Positions 39,815-49,752 of a stretch of 64,000 bases of DNA are shown here, piece after piece. The notes beneath the pieces were generated by a model. The model saw nothing but the letters and a program-made list of their open reading frames with translations. It made no database searches and was not told the origin of the DNA. Both the position numbers and the translations under genes were made by a program. How positions within the stretch are numbered: position 1 is the stretch's first letter; each line of letters starts with the position of its first letter. Where the stretch lies: the sequence record PP456879.1. One strand, 5' to 3'.

Positions 39815-41341
39815 TTAATATTTCAATAGACTATTGATAAAAGCATTAGGGTCATAACGGTTATTTGAAAAAGCCGCCATTACATCACACCCTGGCTGAT
39901 CTTTAAATCTGATATCTTCAGGAATATCGAAGTCAGGGAACATTAGTTTAATATACTCCCTAACTTCTTGATCTCGTAGATATGGAATCTCCACCATGTA
40001 ATCAACGCGACCTTTCCTTAGAAGTGCTTTATCAATATTCTCAGGATGGTTTGTAGTTAGAATGGTCATAGTCTCATCTAGTGGAACAATGCCATCTAGC
40101 CCATTTAATAGAGCTGACAAAGTTAATCCGCTAGCTGGTTGTTCATACGTGATTCCATTCTTCATGCACTTCTTTAATTTCCACCATCGGCGAATTGTGG
40201 TAAATAATGGATCTTTTTCATCGGCCCATTTTGAAACACCCAGTTCAGCCATAGCATAAGCACTTATCCCAAAACCTTGATCATCGCTATTTTCATCAAA
40301 GATATAGATGGTGTCATTAAACCCAACTACAGAGTATCCTTCATAGTCATCTTTAAGATCAACCCATGCAGACGGATATTTTTCAATTAAATCAATAAAA
40401 GAATATTTCCTCTCTAATTCCTTTATCTCTTTATCTAGTTTTACAGGATCATTTAAAACACGATCTTTAACTGCCGGGGTATCATCGAAATCTTCAATTA
40501 GAAGAATATTACCTTTAGGTAGTGTAGTAAATGCCCGCCTAAGACTATCATTGGTCATAGAGGCTAATGACAGTGCACTAACATTTTTATTAAAATGTGA
40601 GGCAATCGCTTTACTGATTGAGGTTTTACCAGTACCAGGAGGACCTGTTAGAACACAAGTGAATTTATAGGGTAGTCCACGATCATCGTACCATTTCCGA
40701 TCAGAATAGAATTCTTCAATCTTATTAAGGAATTCTTCTTTGATCTCTTTACGCAAAATCACCGTGTTGATATCGCGTTTAGTAACTTCAATCTCATTGC
40801 CCCAACGGTTACCATCCCAATGTGAAATAGTCAGACCCCTTTCATTTGGGCGCCAATGGTAAGCATCTACTAAATCAATAATTAGTTTACTACTCCTAGA
40901 TAATCCACGGATAGTAATATCCATTTGATCTCGACTGGCATTTTGACTATCCCGGCGTGCTTTTACAAACCAGAATAACCTACCTTTAAACAGAAAGAAA
41001 TGTAAGCCAAAACCAACACCAATTTTCTGTTTAGTTGCACTATAACTTTGCTCATCAACATTAGTTGAAAAACGTCGATTAAATCCAGCTAATGGCTGCT
41101 TAATATACCATTCCATGAAACAATCAAAGTTCTTCTCGTTCAGCCCATTACCCATGTTGGTAATATGTAGACTAACTGTAAACTGATTTAATGCGAACCT
41201 AGCTAGTTTACTTGGTAAGCCTCTTAGAGTGGTCCAGAATAAACCACCAATTGCCATTCCGATAGCTCCACCCATAACCATATTCTTCTGAGAGATATCG
41301 ATGAACATGGCGTAATATTGCAATAAGGTTTCTATAATCAT
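39815..41341 (-). CDS. BCS1-like membrane-anchored AAA+ ATPase
   Basis: N-terminal TM, GPPGTGKT, ILLIEDFD, LTLSALLNGLDG, TTNHPENIDKALLRKGRVD. Confidence 0.85.
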   Translation of the reverse strand: MIIETLLQYYAMFIDISQKNMVMGGAIGMAIGGLFWTTLRGLPSKLARFALNQFTVSLHITNMGNGLNEKNFDCFMEWYIKQPLAGFNRRFSTNVDEQSYSATKQKIGVGFGLHFFLFKGRLFWFVKARRDSQNASRDQMDITIRGLSRSSKLIIDLVDAYHWRPNERGLTISHWDGNRWGNEIEVTKRDINTVILRKEIKEEFLNKIEEFYSDRKWYDDRGLPYKFTCVLTGPPGTGKTSISKAIASHFNKNVSALSLASMTNDSLRRAFTTLPKGNILLIEDFDDTPAVKDRVLNDPVKLDKEIKELERKYSFIDLIEKYPSAWVDLKDDYEGYSVVGFNDTIYIFDENSDDQGFGISAYAMAELGVSKWADEKDPLFTTIRRWWKLKKCMKNGITYEQPASGLTLSALLNGLDGIVPLDETMTILTTNHPENIDKALLRKGRVDYMVEIPYLRDQEVREYIKLMFPDFDIPEDIRFKDQPGCDVMAAFSNNRYDPNAFINSLLKY

Positions 41342-42123
41342 ACTAGCATCCCTCTGGATAGCTTAGGAAAATATTGTCCACAGATCATGTATTCACGTTC
41401 TAGAAAATCTAGAGTATGACTTTCAAATATTTCACCTACATCTTTACCATAGATTTCCGTATACCCATTTTTGAATACGGCCATTACATAAACATCAGAC
41501 ATAGTCATGCCGTAGTTATAAATTTGATTGTCTCTGTATTTTGGATGAAATAGGTCATATAAAAAACGAGTCATTGAACTATTGGCAACAGTTGTCACCC
41601 CTTTCTGCTTTAAGGCATAACGTACTTGTTTAACCACATAGTTAACTTTAGAGCGCTCGCCAAATACCGTCAGTTTATCTACATTGCAATTACGATATCC
41701 CATAACATCAGGATTAGCTATCACGGTGTGTTTTGGAACACGTACATCAAAGATAATGCCATTAGGGGATAGAATAATCTTTTCATGGTTAAATAGAACA
41801 TGAAATAAATGTCGTTCTGGTTTAGTGATTTTGATACTTAACCCAATCACTCCACTAATCTTTCTTTCTAGATCTTCTAGTGACTGCATCACCATGTGAT
41901 ATTGATTGAAGAAAGCATTGTTCTTATATTGATCTAATTCAAAGTATTTCCAACTTCCACGAAAATGAATAGCATGGCTTTTGGTATAACCTTTAGTTAA
42001 TCGACACTTGAGTTTGTCAAACCAGCTTTCAAGATAACTCTCGACTGTAAAACCAAGTGGGTTATTATTAATAAGTTTATTGGAATATGATAAGCTAAAT
42101 CTGTACATAGTTCGACGATGCAT
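41338..42123 (-). CDS. hypothetical protein, paralogue of 42180-43052
   Basis: start MHRRTMY after AGGA. Confidence 0.7.
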   Translation of the reverse strand: MHRRTMYRFSLSYSNKLINNNPLGFTVESYLESWFDKLKCRLTKGYTKSHAIHFRGSWKYFELDQYKNNAFFNQYHMVMQSLEDLERKISGVIGLSIKITKPERHLFHVLFNHEKIILSPNGIIFDVRVPKHTVIANPDVMGYRNCNVDKLTVFGERSKVNYVVKQVRYALKQKGVTTVANSSMTRFLYDLFHPKYRDNQIYNYGMTMSDVYVMAVFKNGYTEIYGKDVGEIFESHTLDFLEREYMICGQYFPKLSRGMLV

Positions 42124-42179
42124 TTTATATTCCTGCCAAATAAAGAAAAAATAAAGGGCTCCGAAGAGCCCTTTATGTA

Positions 42180-43052
42180 TTAGATTTTTACAGACCAACT
42201 TTGCTCGAATTCCTGATATAGGAAATTGTCTGACGCATTATCCCAATTTTCTCGATCAGTTACACCATAATAATGGAATTCTAGTTCAGTAGGTCCACCA
42301 ACAAAACCATTCTTAGCATAGCTATAAACTTTGCCATTGGTTAGCTTAATCAGTGTATCCACATAGAAACTATTACGGTTCCATATTTCATTGTGGATGT
42401 ACTTAAATACCACACTGTGGATATACTTAAATTGCGCACTTGGTTTTCCGAGTACACTCCAATAGAATTTACGGATACCTATTTCGGTCTTGAAATTAAA
42501 CTCTCCGTTGCGAATGTTGTTAGAAACAATACGTGCCAGTTTATTAACCCGATTTTCTTCACCGATTAGATAGATCCCGGAAACACTACATCCATCTCCT
42601 ATTGATCCATTATTAACTAGTGGATCAACACCATATTCATCAGTGAAAATGGTTTTGATAACCTCTTTACCTTCTCGACGCACTAACATATTCAGGTGAC
42701 CATCTTCGATATATGACATATGGCTAGGCTGAATATATTCACTTGTATCGACGATAACATCATTCGCCATTACATTAAACTGTAGATGGTTTACCAGATC
42801 ACTAATACCTTTAAAACGAATGGCTTGGTTCGCTGTATTTAGATCGACATACACCACGACATCAATAATGCCTTGTTTTAGTGATTTGTCATCTTTGTCA
42901 GTAGTTGTATCAATTTTTACGTAATTTTGATATAGTTCACTAAAACAAGATATGATGTCATCATGTAGTTTAATTACATCAGATCCATTTCGTTCAAGCG
43001 CTTTAAGCGATACGTTAAAACCAATACGAATTTTATTAGAACGACGTGCCAT
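42180..43052 (-). CDS. hypothetical protein
   Basis: 290 aa, AGGTG RBS. Confidence 0.75.
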   Translation of the reverse strand: MARRSNKIRIGFNVSLKALERNGSDVIKLHDDIISCFSELYQNYVKIDTTTDKDDKSLKQGIIDVVVYVDLNTANQAIRFKGISDLVNHLQFNVMANDVIVDTSEYIQPSHMSYIEDGHLNMLVRREGKEVIKTIFTDEYGVDPLVNNGSIGDGCSVSGIYLIGEENRVNKLARIVSNNIRNGEFNFKTEIGIRKFYWSVLGKPSAQFKYIHSVVFKYIHNEIWNRNSFYVDTLIKLTNGKVYSYAKNGFVGGPTELEFHYYGVTDRENWDNASDNFLYQEFEQSWSVKI

Positions 43053-43093
43053 GGTTATATCACCTATGTTAAATTAATGAATTATTTATTCAA

Positions 43094-43456
43094 TTACCGT
43101 ACTACATCTGTGATTAGAATAAGTTCACCATCACTATTGATAACACTATAGCTTTTTACAATTTCGATGCGCTTACTAATAATCTTATTCTCTAGATCTA
43201 CTTTTACGATATTAACACGAATTACCTTATTCGATTGATCATGCATTTCTTTAAAAATGCATTCGATATTTTTACCAATGACAGCTTTTAATTTTTCAAT
43301 GCTGTCAATGGATGAATATTTAAAACTATATGCTTCTGCCAGGGTTTTTGCATTACCCACAACCGTAGTTAGGGTACCCCAATAATCATAAACATACAAC
43401 GCAGTATCACTATTGGGATTATCGATAATTTCAATTATAAAATCCACTTGTATCAC
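43094..43456 (-). CDS. hypothetical protein
   Basis: 120 aa, AGGAG RBS, GTG start. Confidence 0.7.
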   Translation of the reverse strand: MIQVDFIIEIIDNPNSDTALYVYDYWGTLTTVVGNAKTLAEAYSFKYSSIDSIEKLKAVIGKNIECIFKEMHDQSNKVIRVNIVKVDLENKIISKRIEIVKSYSVINSDGELILITDVVR

Positions 43457-43483
43457 TCCTATTAGTTTATTGATAGTACACTT

Positions 43484-43505
43484 GTAATATAGATCTTAAA
43501 TAAAT
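43484..43505 (-). promoter_or_regulatory. phiKZ-type early promoter
   Basis: TATTTAAGATC-TATATTAC. Confidence 0.8.
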
Positions 43506-43511
43506 TATGAT

Positions 43512-43976
43512 CTAACCATTTAAAATAGATAAAGCCTCTATATGCCAATGGTGTATTAGTTCTTCTTTACTAATAATATTATTGAAGTAGTTTAACCGAT
43601 GTGATACCATTAATTTAGAATACATATCGACTTCACTACTTACCTTAATCACCCCAGTCTCTAATAATTGCAGAGAGCCAACATACGCAAATAAAGTTGG
43701 TTTTAAATACCAGTGTTCCCTATATTGTTTTTGATCAGGTACATTTCCTATAATGTAGTCAGTAGAATTACTTCGGTATGCGTAAATAGTTGATTTAGAA
43801 CCAAGTAAATTAAGATCGATATCATAACTCCCGCTTTTAGCTGCAATACATTCAATAACTGATGGGGCCACACATATACGGTTGGTTACACTGTCTTCGC
43901 CATCAGCTCTATTACTTGGAATATATGGCCTTAATAAAACATAATCCCCAAGGTATACTGTCGATATGTGATACAT
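43512..43976 (-). CDS. ADP-ribosyltransferase-fold protein (tentative)
   Basis: YHIS, RICVAPS, IYAY, YREHW. Confidence 0.45.
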   Translation of the reverse strand: MYHISTVYLGDYVLLRPYIPSNRADGEDSVTNRICVAPSVIECIAAKSGSYDIDLNLLGSKSTIYAYRSNSTDYIIGNVPDQKQYREHWYLKPTLFAYVGSLQLLETGVIKVSSEVDMYSKLMVSHRLNYFNNIISKEELIHHWHIEALSILNG

Positions 43977-43991
43977 AATTAACCTATTTAA

Positions 43992-44519
43992 TTAAAACAG
44001 ATAACGCTCTGTTACTGAACGATATTGTGACATGATGTTTAATGGATCAACATCCACTGGTGCTTTAGTGACAGTTAAGCGAGCACCTTTTAAAAATTCA
44101 CCAATATCTAATTTCCTTACAGTAACATCATGGATAGTGTTTTTCGTAATCCACTCAGTATCAATGCTATTGTGAGGATTATTATTCTTAATCCATTTGT
44201 CAGAGTCCCTAAATGGAATGGTATAAACATACACAACCATTTTTAAAATATCACTTTTATCGATATTATTTTGACAATAGATTGTAATATCCCTATCAAC
44301 AGTAGCATATCTATCACTATCAAATAACTTTTCGATAGCGCTACCAATACCTAAATAAGATGCATCTTTTTCAGATGACGTTGCATATAGGTATTGGTTA
44401 GACTCAATACCATCCCACATAACAAGTTCACCAGATCTTTTAAATCCTGGCATTAATTCATCTTGTTTATAAAGAGAACCATGGTAAAGTAATTCTGGTT
44501 TATTCATAATAAAATCCAC
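43992..44519 (-). CDS. ADP-ribosyltransferase-fold protein, Arr/H-Y-E-like
   Basis: LYHGS...LMPG, YLYATS, VYVY, DTEWIT. Confidence 0.55.
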   Translation of the reverse strand: MDFIMNKPELLYHGSLYKQDELMPGFKRSGELVMWDGIESNQYLYATSSEKDASYLGIGSAIEKLFDSDRYATVDRDITIYCQNNIDKSDILKMVVYVYTIPFRDSDKWIKNNNPHNSIDTEWITKNTIHDVTVRKLDIGEFLKGARLTVTKAPVDVDPLNIMSQYRSVTERYLF

Positions 44520-44553
44520 TATGCTTTATAAGAGTTATGGTTATCAATTAACT

Positions 44554-44910
44554 TCAAGGTAGTAGTGTGGCAGTATTGAAGTGATTGGTTACTGCTTCGA
44601 TCAGCATTTGCTCGATGTTGATTTTGTAGTATTCTGGTTCTTCGTTCAATTCCCAAATAATAGTCGCACGTAATAGTGCAGGTGCTATGAATCTAACTAC
44701 CTTACCATGTGTGTCAAACTCTACATTGAACATTGCATATTGTTCAGTAGTATGATTTTTATAGAAAATGAAATTACCAGCGTAACTGCGAACCTCTATT
44801 TCACCATGAATACTGGAGTAGGTTTCCTGGTGGAATACTTTACCTTTAAGGCGTGTATTCTCTTCAATGATATTTACCAATTCTTTCAATTTGTCTTTAT
44901 CTAGTTGCAT
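44554..44910 (-). CDS. hypothetical protein
   Basis: 118 aa. Confidence 0.7.
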   Translation of the reverse strand: MQLDKDKLKELVNIIEENTRLKGKVFHQETYSSIHGEIEVRSYAGNFIFYKNHTTEQYAMFNVEFDTHGKVVRFIAPALLRATIIWELNEEPEYYKINIEQMLIEAVTNHFNTATLLP

Positions 44911-44950
44911 TTGTAGGTTCCTATTAATAAATGTATACGATGGATATCTT

Positions 44951-45316
44951 TTACGATTTCCGGTGCTTATCCATATCTAGTTTTATATCAGTATATATCT
45001 TGAATCTATTAGATAGGCTATCCATATCTACGCGCAATGCCCGAATATGCATATCAGTATCTTTTGGTTTACCTTCAGACTCCCATACGGCCTTTGCGAT
45101 ATCAAATGCTACATTGTTCAAATAGTATTCGACTTCATGTTCATCAAGCAAAAGAGCATCATGGAAACCAATACGTGATAGAATGGCGTAATCACGCTGA
45201 TTAACATCTCTCCAATCTTTACGCACTAAGTAACTTTTACCAATTCCATCTTTTTTACAACTTTTACTAATAATTTCTATAATGAACTTATCATGCCATT
45301 TATAATCCATAATCAT
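44951..45316 (-). CDS. hypothetical protein
   Basis: 121 aa, AAGGAG RBS. Confidence 0.7.
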   Translation of the reverse strand: MIMDYKWHDKFIIEIISKSCKKDGIGKSYLVRKDWRDVNQRDYAILSRIGFHDALLLDEHEVEYYLNNVAFDIAKAVWESEGKPKDTDMHIRALRVDMDSLSNRFKIYTDIKLDMDKHRKS

Positions 45317-45323
45317 TACTCCT

Positions 45324-45836
45324 TTATTTAATCAGCTTCATTACTAGAGGAACAGATAGACTTATGCCATTAGCCATTTTAGCTAGAATATGATAGACAT
45401 CGTCTGCTTCTTGATTATTGGTACAAGGTATAGAAATGGCATCACCATAGTAAGGACTGTAGTTAATACGGTCGCCATACACACCACTCACAAAACTATA
45501 ATCTAATCCATCCGTGGTAGTCATAATAACTACAACATGATCATCCCCAACTATACCGGATTCTAAATCCTCACATAGTTCTAGTTTTTGTTGCACACCT
45601 CGTTGACAGATCCATACTTCACGGTATTGATGATGAGGATATGGATTACATGCTACATCATTTTCACTAACGAAGTACATAGTCCCCCAGTTGTAAGACT
45701 GGAATTGGGTTGTTTGTTTGTGGGCTTCCCATACCTCTTCCATACAAAAGGTATGTTTGTTAACCCATAGACCATCGTTATTAAGACTATCAACGATCCC
45801 ATCACGGACACGTACTACACGGAGTGTTTTTGCCAT
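45324..45836 (-). CDS. hypothetical protein, possible degenerate relative of 43512-43976
   Basis: shared QYRExW motif. Confidence 0.55.
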   Translation of the reverse strand: MAKTLRVVRVRDGIVDSLNNDGLWVNKHTFCMEEVWEAHKQTTQFQSYNWGTMYFVSENDVACNPYPHHQYREVWICQRGVQQKLELCEDLESGIVGDDHVVVIMTTTDGLDYSFVSGVYGDRINYSPYYGDAISIPCTNNQEADDVYHILAKMANGISLSVPLVMKLIK

Positions 45837-45868
45837 TTTTAATTATCCTAAATACATAAAGGAATCAC

Positions 45869-46330
45869 TTAGTAAACACCATTGACAATAGCATCGCGGA
45901 AACGAGACCATTCCGTTTGACCAACTACGAATACTCGTTCTTTAGGACGCCATAGATGATCACCGCAGTCAAGACCCAAGTAAAGCATATTGGTTTTCCA
46001 ATGATTGCGATGAACACGTAGTTTAGCTGATACACTGAACTCACACATTACTTCATTTACATCAAGATGTGTTAGTGTATCACTAATCATACCTGACATA
46101 CTGATACCAATTGATTTACGAACTCGGATTAGATCCTCAGTCATCACCCGCCAAGTTACCAGATGCTCGTAATACTCATCTGGTGTCATGTTGTTTTTAT
46201 AATTCAGTGCACCTGGAGTCATTGACATCCAGTTAGTGAACTGGGAAGTCATGTAATACATCCAATCACTATTATGACGGAGTTCTTTAAGCTTCTCTTG
46301 TATTACGATATTAGTAGTTGCTTTAGTCAT
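45869..46330 (-). CDS. hypothetical protein
   Basis: 153 aa. Confidence 0.7.
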   Translation of the reverse strand: MTKATTNIVIQEKLKELRHNSDWMYYMTSQFTNWMSMTPGALNYKNNMTPDEYYEHLVTWRVMTEDLIRVRKSIGISMSGMISDTLTHLDVNEVMCEFSVSAKLRVHRNHWKTNMLYLGLDCGDHLWRPKERVFVVGQTEWSRFRDAIVNGVY

Positions 46331-46763
46331 CTACGTAACCCTCATCAGATACATAAGTACGTTCAGGGCTGAACACATATTTGATGTTATTAATTACAGC
46401 TGTGATATAAACCTGATATTCTTTTGAAATAGATTCCATCAGTTCAATAGATACGGAATTTGAACTCTGAATAAGTTTATTTACTTTCTTTAGTTCATCA
46501 AATTCTAACCGACCGTAGATTACACCAACATCTCTGAAACTGATAACTGGATAGTGTTTCCAAATATAACAATTCAGTTTACCAAGATGAATTACTTGAA
46601 TTGTTTCATCGCACCATTGTTTCTTTTTCTTATTGTAGTATTCAACACGACGTTCGATGAAGACGCGAGTACCAGAAACAGAGGTGTATGCATTCAGTTC
46701 ATAACCATACTTATGGTCAACGTTATTTGGGTCTTGGCGCCATTTTGGGATGAACGCTTTCAT
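46323..46763 (-). CDS. hypothetical protein
   Basis: 146 aa, AAAGGA RBS. Confidence 0.7.
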   Translation of the reverse strand: MKAFIPKWRQDPNNVDHKYGYELNAYTSVSGTRVFIERRVEYYNKKKKQWCDETIQVIHLGKLNCYIWKHYPVISFRDVGVIYGRLEFDELKKVNKLIQSSNSVSIELMESISKEYQVYITAVINNIKYVFSPERTYVSDEGYVDD

Positions 46764-46790
46764 TTGTATTTTCCTTTTTACGAAATAGAA

Positions 46791-46808
46791 GCCCTCCCGA
46801 AGGAGGGC
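46791..46808 (-). terminator. terminator hairpin
   Basis: GCCCTCC-CGAA-GGAGGGC. Confidence 0.75.
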
Positions 46809-46821
46809 AATTATACCATTA

Positions 46822-47121
46822 TTAAATTACGAGTCTATATACTTCTTTTAATTTCTCACCAGGGGTAGCTAGATAATCGACATTATATTTAATAGCAATT
46901 ACACCCACAAGTTCTTTTCTCAGTAGTAGTTCTACCTGATCGCATAATTTATCGATAGCTTCATCTTCTACATCCTCGTATAATGGATATTGACTATAAA
47001 TATTATCAGGTGTAAGTACAGACAGTTTCAATTCCCCATCTTTACCAATGACTGGGTGATATGTCTGTTTAAGACCTTTACAATGATAGTGATAGGTAAT
47101 GCGCTGTTGTTTAGTGGTCAT
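46822..47121 (-). CDS. hypothetical protein
   Basis: 99 aa. Confidence 0.7.
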   Translation of the reverse strand: MTTKQQRITYHYHCKGLKQTYHPVIGKDGELKLSVLTPDNIYSQYPLYEDVEDEAIDKLCDQVELLLRKELVGVIAIKYNVDYLATPGEKLKEVYRLVI

Positions 47122-47132
47122 GTAAAGATACC

Positions 47133-47654
47133 TTAAATAAACCGTTGGGTAGTTCCGTCTTTAAAGACAGTTAGTTGATTAACATCTTTCAATGAATTAT
47201 CTGCAATATTCTTAGCCAATAACAATAGATCATCGTGATATGTTTTAATGAGAACTTTAAGCCTCTCCCTTTGTTTATATCGGAAACCTTTATTAATCAC
47301 AGTAACTCCATCTGGATTATTTTTATAATTCAGTACAGTGATTGGTGTATTCGGTACAAAGACGGCTAGTTCGTCATCGAATACAATGTAAACCATCACT
47401 TTATAATTATTAACCGATTCTTGGAATTGTTGTGTGATTACATTATAGTCTTTTGTGCGATGGCTAAGAAACAGCTCACTATTAGCTCGGCAGAAACTAT
47501 GTCGCGCTTCTTTATCAGCACTCATAACAGCAATACCACGGATAATGAATTTATTATCTAAGGTATATTTTCTTTGAGACATCGCATAGTCGACTACATC
47601 AACATCGCCACCAAATAGCACGGCATTTTCACCATATCCACAAATAAGAGCCAT
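47133..47654 (-). CDS. hypothetical protein, possible degenerate Ntn-like fold
   Basis: MALICGYGENAVLFGGD N-terminus, lacks Thr1. Confidence 0.5.
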   Translation of the reverse strand: MALICGYGENAVLFGGDVDVVDYAMSQRKYTLDNKFIIRGIAVMSADKEARHSFCRANSELFLSHRTKDYNVITQQFQESVNNYKVMVYIVFDDELAVFVPNTPITVLNYKNNPDGVTVINKGFRYKQRERLKVLIKTYHDDLLLLAKNIADNSLKDVNQLTVFKDGTTQRFI

Positions 47655-47668
47655 TTATAATTACCTAT

Positions 47669-48028
47669 TTAAAAATTATATTCAATAAATTGAAGAGTGA
47701 ATAGTTCACTACATTCCCATGTACGACTTGCTAATTTATATTTACCTTTAACAGGTAAGTCAAAATAACGTAATGCTTTTTCTACTGAACCAGCCTCATG
47801 ATTAACCAATAGAACATCCCTAGCCTTCAGAATATTTGAACAATTTACAAGTTCATAATCATCTCGCTTAGGTGTCAACATAGCTACATTAGTGCCTGGT
47901 TTTCTAGCATACCAGAGCACCTCATGGCCCTCTGGATTAATAATAGAGATATATAGCTGACGTTCAGCGGGCAACCACAAGTTACGTGGATCATACTCTC
48001 CATTAACATCAAAGAATTTAAATATCAT
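47669..48028 (-). CDS. hypothetical protein
   Basis: 119 aa. Confidence 0.7.
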   Translation of the reverse strand: MIFKFFDVNGEYDPRNLWLPAERQLYISIINPEGHEVLWYARKPGTNVAMLTPKRDDYELVNCSNILKARDVLLVNHEAGSVEKALRYFDLPVKGKYKLASRTWECSELFTLQFIEYNF

Positions 48029-48264
48029 AGAGTTGGAACCGGTTTTGATGGATCAGCAATTAGTGCAGATTCGTCTACATAAACCATTGCAAAGTTTTCA
48101 CCTTCTTTACGAATACCAGTAGAAGGTGTTTTCGATGGATCATAAACGATAATTTGGCACTGCTGTCCAGCTGTTAAATAAGTTGGGCCAGTTAATGCAT
48201 TGGGTTTTGGATGAGGAATATCAATTTTAGTAATACAATATTGACCAGTACGAAACTCACGCAT
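48025..48264 (-). CDS. hypothetical protein (SH3-like size)
   Basis: 79 aa, GAGG RBS. Confidence 0.65.
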   Translation of the reverse strand: MREFRTGQYCITKIDIPHPKPNALTGPTYLTAGQQCQIIVYDPSKTPSTGIRKEGENFAMVYVDESALIADPSKPVPTL

Positions 48265-48276
48265 TATATTAACCTC

Positions 48277-48963
48277 TTAATGAATAACTGTTGCAGAAGG
48301 ACGACATTTCATAGTTTTAAAAATGTCAGTAGGATAGATATTACCAGCTTGTCCGAAAGGTTTATCGGCTAGAAGAAACTGCGGACAAACTGTTTGTAGA
48401 TAACCACTATCAGTGGGTAGGAATCCTTCAATATCACTGATGAGAATTTGCCAGATGGGCAATTGGTTATAATAGTCATCCATATTGTAGTATGCGTGGA
48501 GTTTACCACCAAAACCATATACAAATTGACGAGTATCAATTAGGCGAATACCAAATTTAGGTTGGCGTCCCATCCGTTGATCTTCTTCAAATGCACTCAG
48601 TAAATCTGCAATCTCTACGCCACCCGTGATCTGTTTCACTTCTTTTAATTTTTCAAAAATGGCGTAAAAGGTATTTACTGCCGATTCCTTAGTAATGCAG
48701 GCAGTGATCACCAGTTCAGGAAAGAGTGGATCTTCTTTATTACATCCACACGTGTAATAAACAACATTGGAACCAATATCACCTTCTCGTTCAACCACGG
48801 CAAAAGGTTTTTTGGATAGTTTCATTTGCTTTTCAATTAACTGTCTGCTATTCTCACGAATAGATTCATATTCGTGACTGGCCTTAAAAATAGGTGCTTT
48901 GTAATCTATCTCTTTTGGTTCTACTAGATCACTTGCCGATTTGATAACTAATGGATTACTCAT
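48277..48963 (-). CDS. hypothetical protein
   Basis: 228 aa, AAAGGA RBS. Confidence 0.75.
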   Translation of the reverse strand: MSNPLVIKSASDLVEPKEIDYKAPIFKASHEYESIRENSRQLIEKQMKLSKKPFAVVEREGDIGSNVVYYTCGCNKEDPLFPELVITACITKESAVNTFYAIFEKLKEVKQITGGVEIADLLSAFEEDQRMGRQPKFGIRLIDTRQFVYGFGGKLHAYYNMDDYYNQLPIWQILISDIEGFLPTDSGYLQTVCPQFLLADKPFGQAGNIYPTDIFKTMKCRPSATVIH

Positions 48964-49009
48964 TGTATATTTCCTTTTCTTATATAAGAAAAGGGAGGTA
49001 TTACCCTCC

Positions 49010-49345
49010 CTAATTAAGCATTAAATATTTAGGTTCAGTAGTGGCTCGGATCTTAGCAATAAGTGCTTTTTGATCACTAACCTTACTAATGGGATATTCT
49101 AATAAACGTAAATCCATGTCCCGATGTACTAAACCTAACATTGCCTTATTTTGATGACTATTATTACGTAATGCAGCGATATGTTTATCAACTTCATTAC
49201 TAACAGTCTTTGAAAGCCCTACCAAATACTTCCCAGTTGCAATGTGTTCAATAACATAAACACCTGCTCCAACTATTTCGCTTCTTTTCCCACGACCGTG
49301 CGAAGTACTTGACCAACTATAACACTTATCATCAACTATAAACAT
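49010..49345 (-). CDS. stand-alone GIY-YIG-like domain, degenerate
   Basis: GVYVIEHIATGKYLVGLS...HIAALRNNSHQNKAM. Confidence 0.6.
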   Translation of the reverse strand: MFIVDDKCYSWSSTSHGRGKRSEIVGAGVYVIEHIATGKYLVGLSKTVSNEVDKHIAALRNNSHQNKAMLGLVHRDMDLRLLEYPISKVSDQKALIAKIRATTEPKYLMLN

Positions 49346-49388
49346 GGTTAATTCCCGTCCTATAACTATCTAATTGGACGGTCAAGTA

Positions 49389-49751
49389 TTAGCTACCAGT
49401 CCATGAATACTTATCATAAACTAACCACATTGAATGGATCTTATTGATGATATTGAAAATAGGTTCTTGGACCTCTTCAAAATCACCTAGGTTAGCTGCC
49501 AGATTGGCCATGTATTGGAATAGCCACTCAATTGACACATCCACTAGATTGGTAAATGGGATACTGGCATATGGGATTTGCTTTGACATACCAAACTGAT
49601 AAACCTTAGCAAACCATGCATCCAACATTGCAACATCTGCTTTAAGCATCCAATTAATTTCAGCAGGATGTGCGCCATAGGTGATGTTAAATAAATCACC
49701 AGTAACTGTTTTAACAAGCATTTCCACTTCAGTCGCATTAAATTCAATCAT
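49389..49751 (-). CDS. hypothetical protein
   Basis: 120 aa. Confidence 0.7.
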   Translation of the reverse strand: MIEFNATEVEMLVKTVTGDLFNITYGAHPAEINWMLKADVAMLDAWFAKVYQFGMSKQIPYASIPFTNLVDVSIEWLFQYMANLAANLGDFEEVQEPIFNIINKIHSMWLVYDKYSWTGS

Positions 49752-49752
49752 C

